Position numbers and translations under genes: made by a program. A stretch of 63,701 nt of DNA, counting the filler, from Octopus bimaculoides (lineage: Eukaryota): the NCBI RefSeq assembly GCF_001194135.2. It is 4 parts of 4 records of this genome, joined end to end, with 100 filler letters (N's around TTAATTAATTAA, not from the genome) between each part and the next. Parts side by side here need not be neighbours in the genome. Positions count along the whole stretch, not along the records: positions 1 to 26,877 come from NC_069008.1; 3 more parts are not named here. One strand, 5' to 3'. Under the pieces are notes generated by a model. The model did no database searches, was not told the origin of the DNA, and saw only the letters and a list, made by a program, of their open reading frames with translations. This document shows, piece by piece, positions 1 to 11,918 of this stretch (positions are counted from its first letter, which is position 1; each line of letters begins with the position of its first letter).

Positions 1-110
1 ACATATATATATATATATATATATAGATATTAATGTTTATTTTTATGTCAAGTAGCAATAAAAACAATCTCACATGAAACTCTAAATTTTTTTTATAGGT
101 TCCATCTATT

Positions 111-327
111 ATCCTTTACTTGTTTCAGTTGTTAGACTGTGGCCATGCTGGGGCACCACCTTGAAGAATTTTTCATTGAATGAATCAACCCCAGTACTTT
201 TTTTTTTTTATTTGAAGCCTGTTACTTATTCTGTCAGCCTCTTTTGTTGTCCTGCTATGTTACAGGGATATAAACACACCAACACCGGTTGTCATGCAGT
301 GGTGGGGGGACAGATACAGGTATAAAG

Positions 328-355
<28 letters not shown>
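111..355. mobile_element. Dispersed SINE-like repeat
   Basis: cttttacttgtttcagt...ggccatgctgg...aaacacaccaacaccggtt; also at about 30838-31050 and 56489-56670. Confidence 0.65.
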
Positions 356-358
<3 letters not shown>

Positions 359-959
359 TATCTACGCAAAATTTCAGGCCTGTGCCTGTAATAGAAAAGA
401 TTCTTATCTGCCACATAAAATGGCAAGATAAGGTATGAAATGTTTAGTAAAATGCGATATTTCGTGTATTGAAAGTTTGTGGATTGGCAAGATATATTCT
501 AAGGCAAGATTCCATGGTAAAGGAAGACCTGTCCTTAGGTCTACAGATAAGTTGAAGCAATCATTCAAGTGTTTACAACTTAATTTGACATCTTCGATTG
601 ATCTGACTGTCTAGATTGATGTGAGTGGTGTGAAATGTGTTACGATGCCTCTAATTGAAGAAACAGAACAACCAAAGAATTAGATCCTGCAATCAACAGA
701 CACATTTGTCCAATCCCACTCAGAATCAATATCATTATTGTCCCCCCTTGGCACCTTTATAACAAAAGCCGTTCTTGGACTGAAATTCCATTGACATCTG
801 CATCCATCGCAAATATATGCAGCTTCTTTTTTTAAATTTTCGATCCTTTTTCTTTTTTAACTTTGGCAAACACAAAATACATTGACATCGACAGGAGCGA
901 CCTCCATCATTATTATTATTAAATGTCTAATTGCTTTGTGTCTTTTCTTCCCCCAACAG

Positions 960-1058
960 GTTGTTAAACTGAAGCAAGTTGAACACACATTAAATGAAAA
1001 ACGAATCTTGCAAGCAGTTTCTTTTCCCTTTCTCGTCAGTCTTGAATATCATTATAAG
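960..1058 (+). CDS. PRKACA: PKA catalytic subunit exon (vertebrate exon 4 equivalent): [33 protein letters not shown]
   Basis: Flanked by cag| and |gtaagt; 99 nt, phase 0-0; near-identical to the PKA-C alphaC region. Upstream exons (N-terminus, Gly-rich loop) are not in the window. Confidence 0.97.
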
Positions 1059-1084
1059 GTAAGTTTTAAGCAATAGAGGTGTGT

Positions 1085-1121
1085 GTGTGCATATACATAT
1101 ACATATATGTATGTATGTATG

Positions 1122-1219
<98 letters not shown>

Positions 1220-1220
1220 T
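1085..1220. repeat. (TA)n/(CA)n microsatellite, representative of dozens across the window
   Basis: Directly visible; (TA)n, (CA)n, (TTA)n, (CT)n and (TAGA)n arrays generate most of the track ORFs. Confidence 0.95.
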
Positions 1221-1405
1221 ATCATCATAATCATTTAACGCTCAACTGGTTAAGGTCAAACAACTGACAAGCAAGTCTCATGGTATTAAGCAGAATATTT
1301 GCTGTAGCCCATCTTTTTATACCAAGACAAAACAATGTACATGATAGCGCTTGCAATCAATTAAGACCAGAACCCATGAGAGCCACTGCCTGGTACTGCA
1401 TCAGG

Positions 1406-1447
<42 letters not shown>

Positions 1448-1623
1448 TCTTTTTATCTCAGGTCTTGTTGTGATTCCTGAAGTCTTGCACCCGTAGCGGG
1501 CTTGCTGCCTGCAGCCTCTCGTACCACGCTATCCTTTTTCTTTTTCGACTATCTAATAACTTTCCTGATTATTCTGAATGTTGTTATTATTGATGTTATT
1601 ATTGTTGTCGTTGTTGTTTGCAG

Positions 1624-1706
1624 GACAATTCCAATCTTTATATGGTTCTAGAGTTTGTGACTGGCGGAGAGATGTTTTCTCACCTGAGACGGATAGGAAG
1701 GTTTAG
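1624..1706 (+). CDS. PRKACA: PKA-C exon 5 equivalent: [27 protein letters not shown](S)
   Basis: ttgcag| and |gtgagt; 83 nt, phase 0-2; hinge region. Not in the ORF track; translated by hand. Confidence 0.97.
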
Positions 1707-2164
1707 GTGAGTAACAAACCTCAGTCCTTAATTCTTTTGAGTAACATAGCACCCCACCCACTCTCCTAGGATTTGGTCAGGTCTGGTCCTTAAAAGACTT
1801 TGTTGATTTTGTTTGAAATTTGCCCTCTACCCTCCCTCCTGCCAATATAGGGATATTTTTAAAGTGCTATTGTGTCTAATGTATTAGAGTGGGTCATACT
1901 GCTAATATAACACACACATTGGTTATATTTCATTTCAGTTTAGGTAACTTGTTAATCAATTGGTTTGTCCAAAGTTCTTTCATCACAGCCTGTAATGATG
2001 ACAATGTGACCCCCCCCCCCATACACCTTCTTTGTGCTAACATACACTCCTTCTGTGTTGTTCTATATTCTGGATCAGAGTACAACTCTCCCAAAGGACG
2101 ACAACATTAGCTTGTTCAACACAGGATTCACATCAAGAAACATGTGAAACAACAGCAAAAATTG

Positions 2165-2241
<77 letters not shown>

Positions 2242-3477
2242 TAGGCTGTTGTTCTTTAAGCCTTGGTGACTCCAAAGCGCTTCCATGAATGCCACATATT
2301 ATTAATGGTAGCTGATAGCACAAGGAGTTCTATTCCCCGCACTCATTCTGATGTAAAAATATCTTCAACACTTCCCCCTCCTTGTAAATCCGGTGTCAGT
2401 GGGTAATGTGGGTAGGGCTGAGAGTGTTTGGGGCCTCATTTAGTGGATGTGTTGGGTTGTAGAAGTGGGGCTACTTTGGTTCATAAACTGGGGGCTACAG
2501 TGCTGGTTTTACTTCATTGGAAATTTGGAAGTAAAACGTTTGTTTTAATGTAATTTCATATATATATATATACATACATAAATATATATGTATATATTCA
2601 TCCATCTATCTATATATTTATTTATATGTATGTATATACACATGTATGTATAAATGTCAAATGTGTTTTCAATTTTATTTTGCAATGAATTTTGTGATTT
2701 GACTTAAGTGTTAGTTTAAAGCTCTCTAGGTACACACACAAAGCAAATTATAGGGGCAGGATAGGAACCCTTTAGGTTATAGTCATTAACTGTTCCCTAA
2801 TTACTTGATGTCCTCTATTAATTATAAAGTAGGGAGGGGGTAGTATTTTGAAAGTGTCACTGGCATGAGGGGTTCAAGCTGTGGTCTCTCACGTGAAGGA
2901 CATTAATGTTGTGGGCCAGGTTTGTTGAATCCCTTTTTGTCTGTGATGCTGCCTTGCACCTAACACCTTGGATGACTTAGCTATAATACACACACATACG
3001 CACACACACAATTCCATGTGGCCCTTTTTTGCTCCTGTCTCGATATGCCAGTAATTGTAAGAAGAAAGGTGTTGGTGTTGGAAGGTTCACCTGTCCTTTA
3101 ATGTAATTAGGAAACCAGGTGAGAAATAAAAGATTAGTGGGGGATGAAGGTTATCTTTGACCAATCAGCATTGACTTGTCTCACTTGGAAGGTACTTCTT
3201 TGTCTAGGGACATCAGGTCACATGACCTGTTACCATTGAGCCACAACAGGGTCCACTGACTTTTATGTGGGGTATCTTTATAGAAAGGGACACTTTTTTC
3301 TGTCTGTACCACTACAGCCATGGTTGCCATGGTGTAGCTTTATCATAGAGGGCAGCATCAGTCAGACATCCTGGCAACTTCACCACAATCAGTATTTGAC
3401 CCCAGGGTATTACTGGTACATGATTCGGTTTGGGAAACAAAACTGAAGAAGGAATCAAGGGCTAATCAACTGATCGA

Positions 3478-3745
3478 GAAGGCGTATGGCTTAGTGGTTA
3501 AGGCATTCAGCTAACAATCGTAAGGTTGCGAGTTCATTTCCAGGCAGCACATTGTGACCTTGAGCAAGACACTTTATTTCACTTTATTTCCAGCCGCACT
3601 CAGTTGGCAAAAATTAGTTGTTCCTGTAATTCACAAGGGTAGGCCTTATCACATTCTGTGTCATGTTGAGTCTCCTTGAGGATTACATTAATGGTACACT
3701 TGTCTCTGGAGTACTCAACCACTTGCATGTGCAAGCTGTTCTGCT
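3478..3745 (+). mobile_element. tRNA-derived SINE
   Basis: A-box-like tggcttagtggt, B-box-like gagttcatttcc, then ccttgagcaagacacttt core; no complete cloverleaf. Confidence 0.65.
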
Positions 3746-4005
3746 GATCGGAAGAGCCAAACCTGCCTGGCCTGCTAATCAACTGATCGGTTAATCTATA
3801 CAACAGATCAATGTTATAGATCAATAGTGAATGCCATAACTGGGAGCATCAAGTTCCATTGATTCACCTCTCTTCCCCCCACTTATGAAGTTCTATCAGT
3901 AACTATGACCCCTTCCTCCTCAGGGGTCACCTCACACTAGATGTTCAGGTCAGGGTGTAGGAGAGGTTTGTTGTTGTATAACTTGTTTCATTTCTTCTGC
4001 TTCAG

Positions 4006-4132
4006 TGAACCTCACTCCAGATTTTATGCGGCTCAAATCGTGTTGGCATTTGAGTATCTGCACTACTTGGATATCATTTACAGAGATTTAAAACCTGAGA
4101 ATTTGCTTATTGATTCATCTGGTTACTTGAAA
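4006..4132 (+). CDS. PRKACA: PKA-C exon 6A: (S)[42 protein letters not shown]
   Basis: ttcag| and |gtaagt; 127 nt, phase 2-0; contains the YRDLKPEN catalytic loop. Confidence 0.96.
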
Positions 4133-4567
4133 GTAAGTAAAGCCAGCAGTTGTTGGCAGACTTGAAAGTTTTGTAGAGCAAGATGAAGAGGAGGAGGAGG
4201 AGGAGGAAGAAGAAGAACGAAAAGAAGGAAAAGCAAAAAATGATGTCGATTGATTTCTTTCTCAGAATTGTTTTAAACCATAACAAATAGCAGACCCCCT
4301 AAAGTCTTGTTCTCCCATCGATCCCTTGCTTTTCAATATACAATTTCTTTCCCCCTTACCCTACCTTTATCATTTCATTCCCCAATAATTCATATGTCTC
4401 CTCTCCTGACCCCCTTTCTACCACTGCACTGTAAATTAAATCCCACCACTTCCACTTGTCAGTTTTTATTTGGTCAGGTGTGTGTGTGTGTGTGAGAGAC
4501 AGCAGAGGTCATCACAGACAACTCAAGTTTGGTCAACAATAGAAGACTGTGGATTGCTTGAGCTATA

Positions 4568-4759
4568 ACTGTGTTGTATCAGCGATTAGCTCTAATACGT
4601 CTGTGGATTTGGTGTGGATCGGGTATTAACTAGGATACATCTCTTAATCTAATGTGCATCAGGGATTCACTATAATACATCTGCTGATCTGGTGTGGATC
4701 AGGGATCAACTATGACACATCTGTTGATCTGTTGTGGATCAGGGATCAGCTACAATCCA
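4568..4759. repeat. About 40-bp tandem repeat, 4-5 diverged units
   Basis: Consensus atctggtgtggatcagggatcaactatgacacatctgttg. Confidence 0.8.
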
Positions 4760-5072
4760 GTTCTTTTCCCATTCAGTTTAATCCCGAGATACGCTCCCTT
4801 CCAACCCTTAAAATACTTTATGTAATATTTTCTGAAATGAATTAATCCAAGATTATCCTAATCCTGTGTTTAGACCAATTCTGAGAAATGATGATGCCTG
4901 CATCATTTTATTTTCTTCTTTTTTATTTAATCATTATTTTCTTGTTTTTTTCTTTCTTTTTCACAGCTGTTCAACCTTGTGCGACCGAATGTGACTTTGC
5001 TGTTACCTGGTCTTTTTGTTGTTTGTCTCTATCATCGTAACCCATTTGCCCTTTTGCCCTTTTTCTCTACAG

Positions 5073-5199
5073 TGAGCCGCATTCCCGATTCTATGCCGCA
5101 CAAATCGTGTTGGTGTTGGAATATTTACATCACTTGGATATAATGTATCGCGACCTCAAACCTGAGAACTTGCTCATAGACTATCTGGGCTATTTGAAG
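5073..5199 (+). CDS. PRKACA: PKA-C exon 6B (alternative copy): (S)[42 protein letters not shown]
   Basis: ctctacag| and |gtattg; same length (127 nt) and phases as 6A; open frame with intact YRDLKPEN; 36/42 aa identical to 6A. Confidence 0.94.
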
Positions 5200-5926
5200 G
5201 TATTGTGTCTCACCTCGCTCTCATCTTGTCATGGGGATGCTTCTTAGGACACCCGCCACAGCGCCCACCACCCAAGAAAAAAAAAAAATAAGCAAAGACA
5301 GTAGCAGCAGCTACTATCTTTCTCTCTCTCTCTCTATCTATCTATCTATATATACGCATATGTGTGTATATACATACATGTATATATATCTATATGAACA
5401 TATATATATCTATATGAACATATATATATCTATATGAACATATATATATATATGTATGTATAATGTATTTCTACATACATTCATGTGTGTGTATATAGCC
5501 TGCATCTCTGCAATACACCCGCACAAAATGGTGGGATTTTTGCATTTCATGCTTTCACGTCGTTGCCATGGTGATGGGGCTCCAACATTCAATTAGCAAA
5601 TTGAATCTCTTTTCCTTCTTTTTTTCTCCCTTTTATATTTTTTTCCCCCTTTTTTAATTACATCTGTTCATCTCTCATATATATAAATATATATATATGC
5701 ACCTCCATGTTACCCTTTTTAAAATCTTTAAACATTCCATTCTTTGTCTCCCCCCCACTCCTAAACCAGTCAATATTCACTGAACAGTTCTTCCCCCACC
5801 CCCAGTTCATTTCACGCTTCTCTGCATCGCTGAACTCACATGCATACTATACACACACCACACATTATATAATGTGTGTTTGTATGTATATATTTATGCG
5901 TATGTATGTGTGTATATATATGTGTA

Positions 5927-6010
<84 letters not shown>

Positions 6011-6460
6011 CACACACACATACACACTGAATAATTCTTTTTGCTATGATTTCATGTTTTTCTTCTTCTTTTTAACATACGTGGGTTTTTTCTCAGGTTT
6101 CTCTCTCTCTCTCTCTCACTCTCTCTTTCTCTGGTGTTGTTTTTTTTTCCTAACCCCTAAATTGGTCCTTAAACTGTTCATAATTTGTTGTCTTCTTTTC
6201 CATATGTTAACAGCTTCTTCATGTATAAACCTTCTCTCTCTCTCTCTCTCTCCTCATACACATACTTTGACTCTATATACACCCACCACCACCATCACAC
6301 ACAGTACCTGGCGTTGTCGTTGTCGTCGTCGTCAAGGTCTTCTGATCTCTTTGTTTTTCCAACTGCAAACACTCCTCCTGTGTTAATAAAATTTGTGTCA
6401 AGTCATGATGTGGTTTCCATTCATATCACTGTCTACCACCAACTGTTATTATTTTTATGA

Positions 6461-6678
6461 AGGTGATGAGTTGGCAGAATCGTTAGCGTGCTAGACAAAA
6501 TGCTTAGCGCTATTTTGCCTATCGCTACGTTCTGAGTTCAAATTGCGCCAACGTCAACTTTACCTTTCATCCTTTTGGGCTCGATAAAATAAATACCAGT
6601 TGAAGACTGGAGTTGAGTTGATGTCATCGACAAGTCTCCCTCCCCTAAATTGGCTACCCTTGTGGCAAAATTTGAAAC

Positions 6679-6717
<39 letters not shown>

Positions 6718-6920
6718 GGCAGTGAACTGCTTGAATAATTAACATGTCAGATAAAACGCCTTGTGGTATTTTGTCCAGCTTTTTTACATTCTGAGCTCAA
6801 ACCCTGTTGTGGTTAACTTTGCTTTCCATCTTTTCAGGGTCAGTAGAATGAGTACCAGTTAAGTACTGGAGTCGATGTAATCAACTTAACTCCTCCCTTT
6901 GTGCCAAAATTTAAAGCCAT
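6461..6920 (+). mobile_element. Two tandem copies of a tRNA-head SINE with (TTA)n tails
   Basis: ggcagaatcgttagc...ttctgagttcaaat...ctttcatcctttt...gtaccagt; related copies at about 11409-11600, 23395-23650 and 40349-40560. Confidence 0.7.
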
Positions 6921-8199
6921 TGTTATTATTATGAATTTTTCTTCTTCATTCTTCATTTTGTTTCCCTTTCTTGCTGAGTGCCTTCCCAACACCTAGGGCA
7001 AAGAACCTTTTTGTATACATTTGTAGGCCATTGAAATAAACACACCAGATTGTTCATTTACAAAATCAAATAAGGTTATGTAGAAAAAAATTGTTTACAT
7101 GGAAGGTAATCATTCTCACAGCAACAATACATGTTAACCCATAAATAAAATCATTGGACAGGTCAATTCCATCAGTGTTGTCTGTTTTGTGTTGAGGTCA
7201 GCTTTCACCATTCCATGTCTTCCTTAGACTCCCTTTTTCCACATGTTCCATCCCACAGCACTTCTTTATATAAAACTTGACATTTTCCCATGTGTACCAC
7301 ATGTCTGTATCAGCTCAGTTCTCTCTCTCTCTCTCTCTCTCGCACATTTCATCTCATTCCTCTTCTGCTCAGTTTTTTTTCTCTCATCTCATCTCTGCTT
7401 CATTGTTCATTCACATCAACATTACACATCCAGTGAAGCATGTGCTCGCTTCATTTTTGTTTTATCCCAGCCTCCACATTTCCCCAGCATTCAGTTTGCT
7501 CCCATTGCAGAATCGCACATCAGACACAAACCTTGTACAATCTGCCCCTGGACCTTAAATCTTTCTGTTGCCAACAGAGGTGAAAGTTGCCTGAACTTTT
7601 TCCAGTTTGTTCTTACTCTAGCTGCTGTGATTTTGCAGAAATATCTTCCATCTGCTAATTAAGTTACCTAGGCAACAGAAACTATCAACTGTGTTTGTAG
7701 AGATTTCTGAGTATTTGAAACAATATGTACATATGTGTGTGTGATTATTCGGTTTTATTTCAAGATTTCTTGCCATTAGAGAAAGAGCCAGTTTCTAACC
7801 CAAATCCAAGGCTTATATGTATGTCCGTACATATGTATGTGTGCGTGTGTGTGTGTGTGTGTGTGTGGTGGGTGGGTTATAGAATGAGTTGAGCATCAGG
7901 CAGAAGGCTATGTGATTTTTAGTTAACTCCCTTTATTTAAATCTCACTCATTTTGCTCATTGTTGTGAATCAGTGTAGTTGATTAAAGACTGCCCCAGCA
8001 AGGCCACAGTCAGTCATAGAATAAAAGGTTAGTCTTGTCTCTGTTGAACTTATGTTTGGCAAAATTTCCCTGGTTCAACTAATTGAGGCTTCAAACTGAA
8101 AATCCTGAATGAAAAAAGTGAACCTGAATTGAGAAGATGTTGCCCCAGCTTCGCTGAGGCCTGATGGCAGGCTAAATCTCTGGTTTCTAATTATGTATC

Positions 8200-8760
8200 T
8201 CATTAGTAAAGTACCTGTCTTATTACTAAACTGTAACTCGTTAGTCATGTAGTGTTCTTTAGTAAATTAGTTGTCTCATTTCTAAACTGCTTTGTTACTA
8301 AACTGTGTCATGATGTTTATAATCCAACTGTCTCATTAGTAAACTGTAACTCATTAGTCAATTAACTGTGACGTGTTAATTAAAGTGTGTCTCGTTAGTA
8401 AACTGTAGCTCATTAGTCAATTAAGTGTGACTTGTTAATTAAAATGTGTCTCGTTAGTAAACTGTAGCTCATTAGGCAATTAACTGTGACTTGTTAACTA
8501 AAGTGTTTCTCGTTAGTAAACGAGGTTTCATTAGTGAACCAGCTTGCCTCATGACAAAACTGTCTCATTAGTATCTTAGATATGACTTCTTATAAATTAT
8601 CTCATTAGTAAACAGTATCTCGTTAGTAAACAAGCTGTCTTTCATAAGTGAACTAGTTTGTCTCATTTACTAATCTAGCTGAACCTCGTTACTAAGATGA
8701 TCTCAATTGTTAATAATTTAACTGTGCCTCGTTAATGAACTAACTCTGTCCTAACGACAC
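8200..8760. repeat. Degenerate tandem repeat built on ctc(a/g)ttagtaaac
   Basis: More than 10 recurrences, with about 59-bp higher-order units around 8330-8530. Confidence 0.75.
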
Positions 8761-9025
8761 CACCAGTCCCGTCCACAATGATTGTTGCTGCTTCATTAAT
8801 TAGCTTGTCACATTCTGTTGCAACTTCCCTTATTACTATTAGTCGTTAATAAACGATGCTAACACCATTGCTGATGGCTGTTGTTGTTGTTGTTGTATGC
8901 TTTGTGTAGTGGCCTTCATTCCCCTCCCATCCACCCTGCCACTGCATCACATCCTCCCCCCCCATTCTACTTGCGTTAAGTGCTTTAACATCTCCAAAGC
9001 TTTATTATTAATATTATTAATATTA

Positions 9026-9059
<34 letters not shown>

Positions 9060-10024
9060 TTTCTTTGTTAATATATTTTTTTTGAATGCTGATCATTATT
9101 TCTTGTTTCTGATGTTTCTTTGGATAATTAACCTGCTGTTTAATCACAGAATGTGTGTGTGTGTATGTGTGTGTGTGTGTGTGCGCGCGCCTGTGCATGT
9201 GCTCACACACACACACACACACACACTTGACTTGAATGTTTTAATCACTGAATTTAATCATGAAAACTGCTGCTATTCCAGCAGGGCCAGGTTATGTCGG
9301 TTGGCGAAATATTATATAACAACAATAATGAAATGATTGTGTGTAGTCCTCAGGTGCACCACAACTCATCAAAGGTGTATATACAGGACGGAGAATTATG
9401 TATAAAAGTCAGGAAAGTGAACAGTGTATGAGTCTAGGTTCTAAATCATGTCACACCAATCTATTTTGTAAGTTTTGAGTTTTTGTGGTTGTGGGACAGA
9501 TGGAGGTACAGGATGCTTCCCCACCACCACCACCACCACCAAGTGGCCATCAACTTTTGTATAGATATATATCCAGGCAGAGGGATGGAAGGGACAACTG
9601 ACAGCAAAGGCAACACCCTCCCCTTCCACCATTTTAAATCTGTGACAACATTTACACATTGATTGGACGGGTCTTGTCAAGCACCCTTTTACACACTGCA
9701 GTTGTTTGTCATCATCTTCATGAGGTTCAGCTTCATCACTTCATTCTATGTCTACCTTGGTCTCCATCTTCTGTAGGTTCCATCCACTCATTAAATGCTC
9801 ACCACTTCTTTCTACAAACCAACATAACCACACACATGTCACATGGTCACAGCAGCGCAGTCTTCTTTCTTGCGCATTACATCTCTCTGTGTATATATGG
9901 GTTATGTGTAAATGCATGTTTGTGTGTGTATATATATATATAAACACATACACACTCACACACACATATGTATATACACACACAAGTACACAAACGCATG
10001 TGCATATCTATGTATATCTATATA

Positions 10025-10055
<31 letters not shown>

Positions 10056-10942
10056 GTATGTATATTATCATTTAACGTCCATTGTCCATGCTGGCATGGG
10101 TTGGACGGTTTGACCAAGGCTGCACCAGACTCCAGTCTGACTTGGCATGGTTTTCTACGGCTGGATGCCCTTCCTAACATGCCAACCACTCCTAGAGTTG
10201 TAAATAGATTTATTTCCTTAGACAGGGTTTGAGCCATCTCTCTTGTTGACCACTTTGACACTGACATTGTTCCAAGATCAGACCTGTCCTGGGGTTACAC
10301 ACACACACAGAGTGAAACAGGGGACCCTTGAGTGCAAGAGAAAAGGGATCATGAGATGACATATTCTTTCATTAACGAACATGAGCAATAATAATTAGGG
10401 AACCCAATGTAAACTGTTAATTAGACCATAAAATGTTTAATTAATATCTGCTAATTAACATATCAGAAATGATTACAATGATTAATTGTTAACATTTCGA
10501 AGTCGGTCAACTGATGAATCCAGGACAGTGTTTAACACCGAGATGGCTGCAATGTGGTTACTTCGTATAGTACAAGCAATAGCAGCCAAATCTCTTCAAA
10601 TCTCACTTGGGACATGCTGGCTAACGTGGTCCTTGCTTTCTTGTCTGTAAGAAAATGATTGGATGGTCATGGTAGGAATACTTCTCATTGCAGGACAAGG
10701 ATTGACCTGGGGCTAAATGACAATCACGCTTAAAACTGACCGATCCTGACCACCTCTGGACATTGTCATTACAATGTTGTGTTAACCCCACTGCTTCACC
10801 ATAGCAACGCAAAGGTGGTGGGGGGAGTATGTTTTTCTCACCTGAAATGTCACAAGGTCATTTCACTGTACTGACCACCACCACCGTCACCACCATCACC
10901 ACAAACTGTATTTTTAGGACAAACCACCAAAGCATTACTCTG

Positions 10943-10973
<31 letters not shown>

Positions 10974-11244
10974 TCTCTCTCTGTCACTGCTGAGAAAAGG
11001 ACCAACCAATCACTGCACCTTTTATATTTCTTTTGTATTTATGTTCCTTTGTTTTTGGTTAAATTTTTTTTTTCTTTCTGTAAAAATATTTTTTGTTTGT
11101 TTGAATTGAAATTAAATTCATTGAAGGGATTTGCAGGGAAGGGATAGGGTTTCTGTCGAGGATTTATGGTGTAAAAAGAATAATAATAATAATAATAATA
11201 ATAACAATAATGATTATTATTATTATTATCATCCTTATTATTAC

Positions 11245-11409
<165 letters not shown>

Positions 11410-11601
11410 GGGTGGCAAGCTGTCAGAATCGTTAGCATGCTGGACGAAATGCTTAATGTTCTGAGTTCAAATTCTGCTGAGGTTGGCTTTGTCTTTTTAT
11501 CCTTTCAGGGTCAATAAATTAAGTACCAGTCAAGTACTGGGGTCAACTTACACCCACCCTCCCTACAAGTTTTAGGCCTTGTGCCTCCGATAGAAAGGAT
11601 T

Positions 11602-11648
<47 letters not shown>

Positions 11649-11814
11649 TATTATTATTGTTAAGGTGGTGAGCTGGCAGAATTGTTTGCATAGAATGTTT
11701 GACAGTATTTTGTCCATCTTTGCCAAAGCTCACTTTGCCTTTCATCAAAACCACCATCTTACATTCATGAGTCCAGCATCCTGACCACTCGGCCATGTGC
11801 CTCTACATTTAATG

Positions 11815-11858
<44 letters not shown>

Positions 11859-11880
11859 CTTGTATATATATATGTGTGTG

Positions 11881-11918
<38 letters not shown>

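Noticed and set aside
3478-3560. tRNA-like sequence
   Set aside because: It has A/B boxes but no full cloverleaf and continues into a SINE body.
4568-4759. Repeat array as CRISPR-like
   Set aside because: Eukaryotic intron, no unique spacers and no cas genes.
10822-10847. ggggagtatgtttttctcacctgaaa resembling PKA exon 5 (ggagagatgttttctcacctgaga)
   Set aside because: Only about 25 nt, with indels, no splice sites and no flanking similarity; compatible with chance.
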